Virus record (IMG/VR): IMGVR_UViG_3300015261_000001
Location: 62,001-126,000 of that record
Strand: one strand, 5' to 3'
DNA: 64,000 nt
The notes under the pieces were generated by a model. It was not told the DNA's origin. It saw only the letters and a list, made by a program, of their open reading frames with translations, and ran no database searches. Of the stretch, positions 40,088 to 48,248 are shown in pieces (the first letter of the stretch is position 1; every line of letters begins with the position of its first letter). The translations under genes were made by a program, and so were the position numbers.

Positions 40088-42187
40088 TCAATGTTCGTCA
40101 GATACCAAACGAGTCGACTTGGCGTTTAGAATGAAGACGCCCAGCGATTCAAGAATGGCGTAAATGGATTTCAAGTTCTGCGTGATCAGCTGACGAGCAT
40201 CAACAAACGGCAGGAACTCTTTAGGCACACCGCCAATACCTTCCATCATGTCTGTCGGAATGTAGATAGAAGTCAATCCATCTTTATCCTTGAGGAAGCT
40301 CATGGCTGCTGCTTTGAAGTTTTCATCCTCCAACCCATCGTAGAACTTTTGCAGTTTCTTCTTGCCGTTCAGATCAAGGTTGACTTTGTAGGCCTTATAC
40401 GGCAGTGGTGGTGCCTCGCCGTACTTGGTACTCAGTACTTCCTCCCACAGTTTGTGGTAGAAGAAGATTGATGAATCAGGCGTCTTGTAAACCGCCTCAT
40501 CCTTCACACTGTTCTTGGTTAACCAAGCCCAGCCTCCCTTGGTGATGTCTTCGTACAGGGCGCGCTCGATTTCCGCTGCTTCGTGCAGGATCTGTGGCGC
40601 GTCCAGTTTACCCCGGTTGTACAAGGTATCCAACACCTTCCGCATCAGCTTACCGGTAAAGTCTCGTACCAGTTGAGCAATCTTCACACCCCGCAAGTGA
40701 ACCCCTTTCAACTCAAGCTCAGGCTTCTTGTTCAGAATACCTTCGACCATCAGTTGCAGCGCGTAGTAGTGTTTCGACATCGAAGTCGTTACGTACGAAC
40801 CGAACAGATACTCGTTCTTCATGTTGAGGCGGAACAGATACTTGTCAGCCACGTTCATGTTGCGGCTGAGCTTGGCGTGCTGGTCAACCGCAATCGACCG
40901 AATGAAGTACGTCAACACGCCGTTGAAACGCAGTGCCGTTTGTGGGTCAGCCGCGTAATCCGCAATCACAGTGTCAACGCTGTAGATCACGGAGTCAGTG
41001 TCGGAGGTCATTACGCTTTCACGCACGATCTCTTTAACGTTGAAGATACCGGTTGGTGGAATCTTCGACTTGAAGAACACCTTGAGGAACTTCTCCCACT
41101 TCTGCTCAACCGTGATGTGGTAAGCGTTGAGGTAGTTGATAGCCGTCTTGGTTGCGCCTTCACCCAGCTTGGTAATACACAGGATCTTGTAGTCGCTGTT
41201 GGCTGGTTTGTCGTAATCGTCTTCCTTGGCGTTAGCTGGCAACGCTGGAATGTCACACCAATCGTTAAAGAACTTACGCATCAGTTCCGGGTTGGTAACA
41301 TACAACCCACGCAAGTCCAAGGTGCACAACAGAACGGTCAACTCAAGACCGGTCAAGCCCGACAAGAACAACCGGATCGCGCCAAGTTTGGTCGGGTTGT
41401 TGAAGTAGTAGTGCGCGCAGTGGGTGACCATTTCCATCACTTGGTCAACCGTTGCGTAGTTCATACCGTATTCGGTAATCACTTCTTGCATCAACGCCTG
41501 ATCGGTGTACTGTAGCTGCGCAATAAAACCTTCGATGGCCTTGTTGTACGACAGCAGCAAACGGTTACCGGTAATCAGTCGTTCGTTAATCAGGTTAGCG
41601 GTAGAGGTCAATGCACGGCAGGTACTGGTCAAGCTGGTATGCCCAGACTTGTTAAACAGCGGAGTACCCGAAGACGACATACCACCAGACTGGGCGTTGT
41701 TGAAGATCTTCAACGCGTTCTGGATTTCGTGAAACGCTACTTTGGCTTCATGGTCACCGGCGTCATGTGCCTGTGCCTTCTTGCCTTTATACAAGCGACG
41801 GAACTCAATGAACGCCTCAGTACCAGCTGCGTTTACTGATTGTTCTTCATCGGTATGGGTATAACCGACCAACGAAGGTGAAAGGTGCCAATTGTTCTGT
41901 ACTACCGTGTTGAAGAACTCACGGGTAGCCATGACCATCGGAACGCGGTCACCATGCTTGTCTTTCTTGAAAACACGGAACTTCGCTTCCTTGAATCCGT
42001 TCTCGTTTGGAACAAACACCTGAGCCATCAAATCCAGCAGGTGTTCATAGTCGTAGTTGTAAACCACCGAGAGCATGTAAGCCGCTTGGTAGTGGTACGC
42101 TTTCAAGAAGTTACGGTTAGTTTTGTAGACCGGCTCTTGAAAAGGAGACTGGTGATCAGCGGGGTCTATCTTGGCTGGAACGCCCAT
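40088..42187 (-). CDS. Split family-B DNA polymerase, C-terminal catalytic part (phiKZ gp50-like)
   Basis: Motif B QNALKIFNNAQSG, motif C SDTDSV, KHYY, LKGV. No Exo motifs or motif A. Confidence 0.9.
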   Translation of the reverse strand: MGVPAKIDPADHQSPFQEPVYKTNRNFLKAYHYQAAYMLSVVYNYDYEHLLDLMAQVFVPNENGFKEAKFRVFKKDKHGDRVPMVMATREFFNTVVQNNWHLSPSLVGYTHTDEEQSVNAAGTEAFIEFRRLYKGKKAQAHDAGDHEAKVAFHEIQNALKIFNNAQSGGMSSSGTPLFNKSGHTSLTSTCRALTSTANLINERLITGNRLLLSYNKAIEGFIAQLQYTDQALMQEVITEYGMNYATVDQVMEMVTHCAHYYFNNPTKLGAIRLFLSGLTGLELTVLLCTLDLRGLYVTNPELMRKFFNDWCDIPALPANAKEDDYDKPANSDYKILCITKLGEGATKTAINYLNAYHITVEQKWEKFLKVFFKSKIPPTGIFNVKEIVRESVMTSDTDSVIYSVDTVIADYAADPQTALRFNGVLTYFIRSIAVDQHAKLSRNMNVADKYLFRLNMKNEYLFGSYVTTSMSKHYYALQLMVEGILNKKPELELKGVHLRGVKIAQLVRDFTGKLMRKVLDTLYNRGKLDAPQILHEAAEIERALYEDITKGGWAWLTKNSVKDEAVYKTPDSSIFFYHKLWEEVLSTKYGEAPPLPYKAYKVNLDLNGKKKLQKFYDGLEDENFKAAAMSFLKDKDGLTSIYIPTDMMEGIGGVPKEFLPFVDARQLITQNLKSIYAILESLGVFILNAKSTRLVSDEH

Positions 42188-42302
42188 AGTTCAGTTACTC
42201 TCATTCCAGGTCTTATTAAAGAAAAAAATAAGGTTGCAAAAAGAAAAGTTCAGACCACACCCTCTAATAAATAGAAGATGTGGTATCTGAAAACCGGGGT
42301 GC

Positions 42303-42716
42303 TTAGCGGGTGGTCTCGTGGGAGGTGTAACTGGCTCCCAGGTCGCGCAACGCTTTTGCGAGTGGGCCGTTCATCTTTTCCTGGTAGTTCGTGATGATGA
42401 ACGTTTTGGTACGACCCTCGATTACCTTGAAGGTCGCATCGTTCACCCACGGAATACCGATCACTTCCATCGTGTCGTTCGGACGCTGGATCGCGAAGTA
42501 TTTGTAAGCCGCCGGGTTATTGACGTTGCCTACCTTGTCCTTGAAATAATCGTACAAGTTGGCGTGCTTAACAGCAATTTCAGGATCCATCAAGCGAGCG
42601 GCTTGATAGGTCATATCTGGGACAATGACCACACAGTCAGTGCGTTCATCGCCGTTGATACCGTTGACCACCAGTTGGAAGTCAACGATGTCATTTGTCA
42701 TCGGAGTGATGGCCAT
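42303..42716 (-). CDS. Conserved small beta-rich protein (phiKZ gp49 position)
   Basis: 137 aa, SD GAGG. Confidence 0.7.
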   Translation of the reverse strand: MAITPMTNDIVDFQLVVNGINGDERTDCVVIVPDMTYQAARLMDPEIAVKHANLYDYFKDKVGNVNNPAAYKYFAIQRPNDTMEVIGIPWVNDATFKVIEGRTKTFIITNYQEKMNGPLAKALRDLGASYTSHETTR

Positions 42717-42724
42717 GGCAACCT

Positions 42725-43045
42725 CTAAATGAATTTTACTTCAATCTTGACCAGTGGGAGCATGTAGTTACGACCACTAACTCTTACGACAATGCCCGGT
42801 ACATCCGTTACCGAAACAGCATCGATGACTCCCAAATCGTACTGAGCAAACAAGATCTCTGTCAGCACGGTGTCCTCATTAAATGGCTCGCAGGTCATGA
42901 GGTTAGCCACGTGTTCTTTCAAGACGCCGTGGAAATAGCTAAACGCAGATATTTCTTCGGGTTCGTCAGAAGCTTGGGGCAGCTGGGCCTGTAAATGACT
43001 GGCCACAGCCTGATAATCCACGCTGAGTAACCAATTCAGGCTCAT
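42725..43045 (-). CDS. Hypothetical protein (small-protein array 2)
   Basis: SD AGGAG upstream of ATG 43045. Confidence 0.6.
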   Translation of the reverse strand: MSLNWLLSVDYQAVASHLQAQLPQASDEPEEISAFSYFHGVLKEHVANLMTCEPFNEDTVLTEILFAQYDLGVIDAVSVTDVPGIVVRVSGRNYMLPLVKIEVKFI

Positions 43046-43049
43046 CGCA

Positions 43050-43343
43050 TTAAGGCTCCTGGTAGGAGAAGACAAAGGTTGCTACCGCGCTGTTAACCCG
43101 GCAGTCGTCGAGCTTGACGCTAATACGGTCACGCATCAGTTGCTCCACGATAATTTTGGTGTTATAGAAATCCGTCATCAGCTTCTTTTGCTCGTCTTCG
43201 ATCGGATGAGTGAACTGATCAACGTAAGGGAAAGGCATAGCATTGGGTAAACCCAACATGTCGAACAGTGCACGGTAAGCGCCCATCATCTGCTCAACGT
43301 CTGTCATTGGCGGGATGGCGACGCTATGGGTAGTTAGCTTCAT
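43050..43343 (-). CDS. Hypothetical protein (array 2)
   Basis: 97 aa, tightly packed. Confidence 0.6.
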   Translation of the reverse strand: MKLTTHSVAIPPMTDVEQMMGAYRALFDMLGLPNAMPFPYVDQFTHPIEDEQKKLMTDFYNTKIIVEQLMRDRISVKLDDCRVNSAVATFVFSYQEP

Positions 43344-43659
43344 GACTAATTTCCAAAAGGATTGTGTACGGATAAACGACCCAGCGAATCAGTTGCCCCC
43401 TGCCCGCTAAGGTTCGTATGCTGCCAGCAATAGCCAGCATGTCCAAGCTTACCGCATTCCAAAGCATTTGAGCTGACAGTTCATCCAAGTCCAGCTCAGT
43501 AAACACGTACTCTTTGGTGATGTCTTCGTAAAGCTCATTCGCACGCCAGAGCATTACCAGCGTGGTCATCACCGAGGTGATCTCATCGTCAGTAAACCCG
43601 AAGAGTTTGAATTGAGCACGAAGAGTAAGGTAAGGTAGTGTGACAGTTTTGTTCTTCAC
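43324..43659 (-). CDS. Hypothetical protein (array 2)
   Basis: 111 aa, GTGA overlap with the upstream gene. Confidence 0.6.
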   Translation of the reverse strand: MKNKTVTLPYLTLRAQFKLFGFTDDEITSVMTTLVMLWRANELYEDITKEYVFTELDLDELSAQMLWNAVSLDMLAIAGSIRTLAGRGQLIRWVVYPYTILLEISHEANYP

Positions 43660-44072
43660 TCTAAATCCCTCTCGTCGATTCCAATCAACAGATCGCCGTT
43701 CGATAAGACCCGAAACAAAAACGGGTGTTTTAATGAAGTGTTAGGGATAAGCTTAGCCACTTCATTGTTGATCATGCACGCTACATCTTGAGTTAGTTCG
43801 CTCAGATCATCTGGCAAAAGATAGTACCTGGCCAGACGAGTACCAAAAGTTGTATCCCCCAAATCAAAGGCACCGTTACAGGCGGTAAAGTAGTCTAATC
43901 CTGTTTGCACTAGGCTCCAGGTTATTTTGTTGTATCTATCGTTTCCCGAAACGTTCCCAGTCACTAGTCCGCCAACCTGCTTTCGCATCGTCTCGTACAC
44001 AGGTAGCAAGGCGATCTGAAAGAAGCGGTGTTCTCCGGGTGGTCTCGCGAGTATGGAGTTTACTGAGTTCAT
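43656..44072 (-). CDS. Hypothetical protein (array 2)
   Basis: 138 aa. Confidence 0.6.
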   Translation of the reverse strand: MNSVNSILARPPGEHRFFQIALLPVYETMRKQVGGLVTGNVSGNDRYNKITWSLVQTGLDYFTACNGAFDLGDTTFGTRLARYYLLPDDLSELTQDVACMINNEVAKLIPNTSLKHPFLFRVLSNGDLLIGIDERDLE

Positions 44073-44505
44073 TGATTGCGTCCATATCCGGGTGGTCGCT
44101 TACCATGTCTGTAACATGTTCTGGATCCGGCTCGATGGTGTTCTGTGCCAAAATTCGCGCAATCGTCTCATCAAGATCCATTTTGATATTGATGTGATGA
44201 AACGCTTTCCCTATTTGTTTGTACTCCAGTTGAGCAATAGTGCGTTTATCCCAACCGGCACCTTTTGCACGCTGACGCATTTCTGCGACCATGTTGAGAA
44301 CCATGTCAGCGGCGCCCATCACTTCATAATCGTTTTCCAGCACTTCTTCCAACTGGACGATTACGTCATTTTCCAGATGTGGGTCGTTAAAGATCTCCAC
44401 TGCCCCACGGATCAATTCGCACACCAAATGCTCCCGAACACTTACCTCCTTCATATTCGGGATCATCAAGTTACGTGCTAGGTCCTTTACATCAAAACTG
44501 ATCAT
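43936..44505 (-). CDS. Hypothetical protein (array 2)
   Basis: 189 aa. Its C-terminal part overlaps the next gene by 137 nt. Confidence 0.6.
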   Translation of the reverse strand: MISFDVKDLARNLMIPNMKEVSVREHLVCELIRGAVEIFNDPHLENDVIVQLEEVLENDYEVMGAADMVLNMVAEMRQRAKGAGWDKRTIAQLEYKQIGKAFHHINIKMDLDETIARILAQNTIEPDPEHVTDMVSDHPDMDAINELSKLHTRETTRRTPLLSDRLATCVRDDAKAGWRTSDWERFGKR

Positions 44506-44519
44506 GTTGGCCTCGGTTA

Positions 44520-44885
44520 TTAAAAGGAAAAGGTGAATAACAAATGGTTGTTATTTCGACCCATGGCTTTGACTTCAACCTGCGCGCTGGTCGGAATACC
44601 AAGTGTTACACCCGTCAGAGTTTCTTCCAAACAAGGAATAACTCCAAAGCGTGTTCTCACAATTCCCATCTCAGAAATGTTGTTGTAACCCAAGCTGCTC
44701 AAGCACGCAATAACGTCGGAACGATCTACGCGCTGTTTAAGCAACTCTTTCTCCGCACCAATGGCACGGTATAGGGTGTATTGTTTAAGATCGATAGAGA
44801 AGCTCGTCGACACCTTGTAGCTCCTATTTTGCGGTATTGGGTAGACATAAGAATGTAGGACGGGTAAAAATTCAGTGAAAAACAT
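44520..44885 (-). CDS. Hypothetical protein (array 2)
   Basis: 121 aa, start uncertain. Confidence 0.55.
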   Translation of the reverse strand: MFFTEFLPVLHSYVYPIPQNRSYKVSTSFSIDLKQYTLYRAIGAEKELLKQRVDRSDVIACLSSLGYNNISEMGIVRTRFGVIPCLEETLTGVTLGIPTSAQVEVKAMGRNNNHLLFTFSF

Positions 44886-44892
44886 AATAAAC

Positions 44893-44924
44893 CCTAAGGT
44901 AGGAGCGCTAGCTCCTACCTTAGG
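44893..44924 (-). terminator. Hairpin after phuZ
   Basis: CCTAAGGTAGGAGC-GCTA-GCTCCTACCTTAGG, with a T-rich tail on the minus strand. Confidence 0.8.
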
Positions 44925-44943
44925 TATCTATCAGGGAATTGCT

Positions 44944-45930
44944 TTACAACACCATGCCCAGGCTGTTCGAGCCAGTGCTGACGTCTTTCTGCTTGGTGTA
45001 GTCGACAGCCACTTTGGACTTGGCTTCATCGACGCCTTCGATTTCTTCTTGCAACGCGGCCAGAGCGTCGCCGTGGTCCAGAACGATGTGCAGCTGGGTC
45101 ATCTCTTTCGGCAGGTTGACATCTTTACCGAACACGCCGGTGGTGCGATACATCGAACCGACGAACATCGGGATGATTTCGTTGCTGGTACGGAACAGGC
45201 TGGCTACTGCGACCGGAGGCTTGCCTTCGAAGTCAGAAGAAGTCTTCTGGTCGAAGAACTGGATACGGCTCAGCGCTGGCGGAACCTTGCCGCGAGCGGA
45301 GTAGTTGAAGATACGCTTGATATCTTCGTAGTCCATTTCGGTGTTGCTGGCGTCGAACAGGATGCTCAGCAGGTTCAGGCCGCCGACGATTTCTTCGTTG
45401 ACTTCGCCGCGGGTTTTGTCGACGGTGTTCTCGTACGGGATGTAGCACATTGGAGCGCCGAGCTGGCTTTCCGCAGTTTGGTTGGCGAACGAGGTCAGGC
45501 CGCCGACGGAGTTTTCTTTCTCGATGACCGAGGTATGATCGGAAACCAAGCACAGTACTGCAACGTGGCCAGCTTGGATCAGCAGACGAGCAACCAGTAC
45601 AGCGAGCATGCTGCCGGTACCGCCAGCGGTGTTCGAGATGATGACGTTGTAGCGACCGGCTTTGTGTTTCTTGATCACGGCTTCAACGAAAGGGATGGCC
45701 TTTTCGAAGTTGACCGATTTGTCCTTACCGCTACCCAGCGCACCTTCGATGCGTTCAACAACGAACTGGTCGGCGCTGCCGTTTTTGTCGCTGGAATCCA
45801 GACCGATGAAGCGGGCGTTTTTGTTGCCCAGGGTTTTGGCGCCTTTCTTCAATTCGAGAGACAGGTTGATCCCGGTACCGCCACAAGCCCAGTAAGTGAT
45901 GTCGGAAAAGTTTTCGGTGGTCTTAGACAT
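44944..45930 (-). CDS. phuZ: PhuZ tubulin
   Basis: ACGGTGIN, LDSS, GSGKD, tubulin signature AGGTGS, T7-loop-like MDYEDI, 328 aa. Confidence 0.95.
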   Translation of the reverse strand: MSKTTENFSDITYWACGGTGINLSLELKKGAKTLGNKNARFIGLDSSDKNGSADQFVVERIEGALGSGKDKSVNFEKAIPFVEAVIKKHKAGRYNVIISNTAGGTGSMLAVLVARLLIQAGHVAVLCLVSDHTSVIEKENSVGGLTSFANQTAESQLGAPMCYIPYENTVDKTRGEVNEEIVGGLNLLSILFDASNTEMDYEDIKRIFNYSARGKVPPALSRIQFFDQKTSSDFEGKPPVAVASLFRTSNEIIPMFVGSMYRTTGVFGKDVNLPKEMTQLHIVLDHGDALAALQEEIEGVDEAKSKVAVDYTKQKDVSTGSNSLGMVL

Positions 45931-45998
45931 GAACGAGACTCTCTATATGAGTACATGAAATTGGAGCAAAGCTAAATACTGTTCGCTTTACTAATCAA

Positions 45999-46015
45999 AT
46001 AATTTAGGTCTGAAA
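45999..46015 (-). promoter_or_regulatory. Early promoter motif
   Basis: TTTCAGACCTAAATTAT upstream of phuZ. Confidence 0.7.
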
Positions 46016-46041
46016 TATTCCAGTCCAGTTTTGTCTCCGGC

Positions 46042-46182
46042 ATAAAAATAAACCCCAGCAGACCCGAACGAAGGGGGTGAGCCTGCCAGGGCATCTCAAG
46101 TGAGATAAATTGCCTGTAAGGAGAACATCACCGCCAAACCACCTGAGAACCATGGCCAGGTCAACAAAGCGGTACTGACGGT
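46042..46182 (-). ncRNA. Candidate small RNA 2
   Basis: No ORF in the track. Several stem-loops. The terminal stem pairs fully only with G-U on the minus strand and is followed by a U tract. Confidence 0.45.
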
Positions 46183-46203
46183 ATAAGATATCCTCTTCGG
46201 GTG

Positions 46204-46415
46204 AAAAATAAAAACGCGAAATAGAACCTTACCCCAGCAACCCGAAGGAAGCTGGGGTAAGGGTGGGGGAATTTGTAGGCAACTTCCTCGTAGGAAAGAC
46301 AGAGATAACCTAAACCGAAGAAGGTGTGAGCGGTGCTCCCCCTAACCTACTCACGAAACACAACCACAAAACGGGCGTAAACCGAAACTGCTGCGACACA
46401 ATCCACGAGGTTCAC
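46204..46415 (-). ncRNA. Candidate small RNA 1 (or long structured 3' UTR)
   Basis: Begins at a TATG late-start motif (46415-46418). Ends in a cUUCGg-capped hairpin (46227-46262) plus U tract. Confidence 0.45.
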
Positions 46416-46427
46416 ATACAATGAACA

Positions 46428-47090
46428 CTAGAGGAACTCCGCATACTCTTCGTTCTGCAACAACTCACGCAGATCGTTAAGTTGAGTACGGATTTCTTCA
46501 TCGCTGCTAACGGCCGTGTTGAGGATGTCGCGCATGTCGGAGATAAGGTTGGACAAAGTAGCGGTGACAGGTTCGTCCTCGCGCCAATGCACTACCTTAC
46601 CTTTCCATGCCTCCCAGACCTGTACACGACCACCGGTATGCGAGTCGTATTTGATCGCAGCCTTTACCGCATCTTCCGCTGGTTTGCCAATTGACATAAC
46701 AGCGTCGGCCAATACCGCACCGCTACCGATGGCATATGGACCGGTAACAATGAAGATGTTGGTGTTGGTTGCATGCTCACCGCTCTTGTAATCCCAGCAG
46801 AGCACTTCTCCGTTCTTACCGACCGCCAGCAATTGAAAGCTGGCATCGAGGTCATCCATAACCGTATCGACAGTAACACCCTTGGCCAATTCCTGCTTGA
46901 TGCGCTGTGCCAAGAGCGTATCGCCGCACAAACCAAAGGCTGCAATTTCCACGTTGTTGATGTACCACGTTACATCAGGGTGAGCGATAAAGAGTCGTCG
47001 CGATGCTTCTTGGCGACTTTTCTCATCTTCTTCATCCGATGAATGTGAATCACTTGCCAGGTTCTTGCCGTCCCACGCTACAGTTGACAT
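46428..47090 (-). CDS. HslV/proteasome-beta (Ntn-hydrolase)-like protein with non-canonical catalytic residues
   Basis: (M)STVAWDG..LASDS, GLCG, AIGSGA, DSHTGG. Ser at position 1 and Arg at the Lys33-equivalent position. Confidence 0.85.
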   Translation of the reverse strand: MSTVAWDGKNLASDSHSSDEEDEKSRQEASRRLFIAHPDVTWYINNVEIAAFGLCGDTLLAQRIKQELAKGVTVDTVMDDLDASFQLLAVGKNGEVLCWDYKSGEHATNTNIFIVTGPYAIGSGAVLADAVMSIGKPAEDAVKAAIKYDSHTGGRVQVWEAWKGKVVHWREDEPVTATLSNLISDMRDILNTAVSSDEEIRTQLNDLRELLQNEEYAEFL

Positions 47091-47108
47091 GAGAAGTACC
47101 CCCGAGGG

Positions 47109-47792
47109 TTAGTGGGTGAGTTGTGGGGCTTTCTCCGACTCTTCCTCAGCTGGTGGGGAAGGGAGCGGATGCATGTCCCGGGTGATGTCTTTGATCAAGC
47201 TGGTCAATTGCTCGATGGACATATCGCCCACCTTGCTACCAACTTCCTTGATGTTGACTTCTGGAGGCGCTGGGCGGGTGCTCAGCACTTCTGGAATAGG
47301 TGGCAGATTGAAGATCTGCAAATCACCACCACAGCTGATGTCCAGCTTGATGGCAGCCTTAACGCCTGCTTGAGCGCGACCTTTCTTGCCGATCTCCATT
47401 TGGGAGTAAGCATAAGGCGCGCCGCTACCTACAGCCACCGGCGGATCCATTGGGATACACACTACGTCCTGCTTGCCAGTACGAGCAGGGTGACCGCTGA
47501 TGACGTAGCAGGAGCCGTTCTCCAGAACACACAGAGCATCGAAGCTCAGATCGATTTCAGGTTGCAGTACCGAACGGTAGGTAATGCCCTTTTGCAGCAT
47601 CTCCCGAACGTAAGGAATCGCAGTAGCGCCACCAGCAAACCCGTAAGCCAGTACCTTTACCCCGTTGATTTCCCAGTACTCGTCTTCTTTGGGTGTAAAC
47701 AGTTTCTGGCCACCAGCAGGCAACTTCATATCAGCCATGGTCATTTGGCTGTCGGTTACCAATTCTTGGCCATCATAAGCAACTACAGTCAT
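47109..47792 (-). CDS. HslV/proteasome-beta (Ntn-hydrolase)-like protease
   Basis: (M)TVVAYDG..LVTDSQ..QKLF (Thr1, with Asp-Lys spacing of 16 as in HslV), GFAG, AVGSGA, DISCGG. Confidence 0.88.
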   Translation of the reverse strand: MTVVAYDGQELVTDSQMTMADMKLPAGGQKLFTPKEDEYWEINGVKVLAYGFAGGATAIPYVREMLQKGITYRSVLQPEIDLSFDALCVLENGSCYVISGHPARTGKQDVVCIPMDPPVAVGSGAPYAYSQMEIGKKGRAQAGVKAAIKLDISCGGDLQIFNLPPIPEVLSTRPAPPEVNIKEVGSKVGDMSIEQLTSLIKDITRDMHPLPSPPAEEESEKAPQLTH

Positions 47793-47871
47793 CGTTATTC
47801 TCCTTCGTTCTATTCAAAAGGTACGCGTACAGCAAAAATCGGTATACCATATCGCTATTAGTATCAAACTA

Positions 47872-47888
47872 ATGATGTAGGTTTCAAA
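47872..47888 (-). promoter_or_regulatory. Early promoter motif
   Basis: TTTGAAACCTACATCAT upstream of the HslV-like pair. Confidence 0.65.
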
Positions 47889-47938
47889 TTCCCTGAGTGC
47901 ATAATAAACCCTACCCATTCCTTTTCAGGGAATGAGTG

Positions 47939-48143
47939 TTTTAAGGTTTGTATTTATAATAACTATATTTCTTTAAGTTATTTTTTATTTTGTGCATAGG
48001 CCCTACGGGCCTAGGTAAAGCAAGAACAAGAGCAAAGCAAGTTAACTACGTTAACCAGTCTAATCCTCCCCCAGAGTAATCCTTATTCCGTTCCGTCTCC
48101 CGAAGGGATACTCCACTACATAAGTCTTACTCTTACCCCCTCC
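47939..48143 (-). other. AT-rich tract plus three DNA-type hairpins; candidate origin or packaging element
   Basis: AT tract 47939-47991. Hairpins at 47997-48013, 48041-48055 and 48073-48133. Confidence 0.45.
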
Positions 48144-48248
48144 TTGAAAAAATCAACAATTGCAGAGGTAAGACATACAATACAAATCAGTTGAAGAAAA
48201 ACCATGCGATGTTATGATCCCTTTAACTAACCATCGGAGCGTGTCTAG

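Noticed and set aside
45975-46427. tRNA or a known ribozyme in the non-coding gap
   Set aside because: I saw no cloverleaf or T-loop, and no hammerhead or HDV-like core by eye. An Rfam search is needed to exclude this fully.
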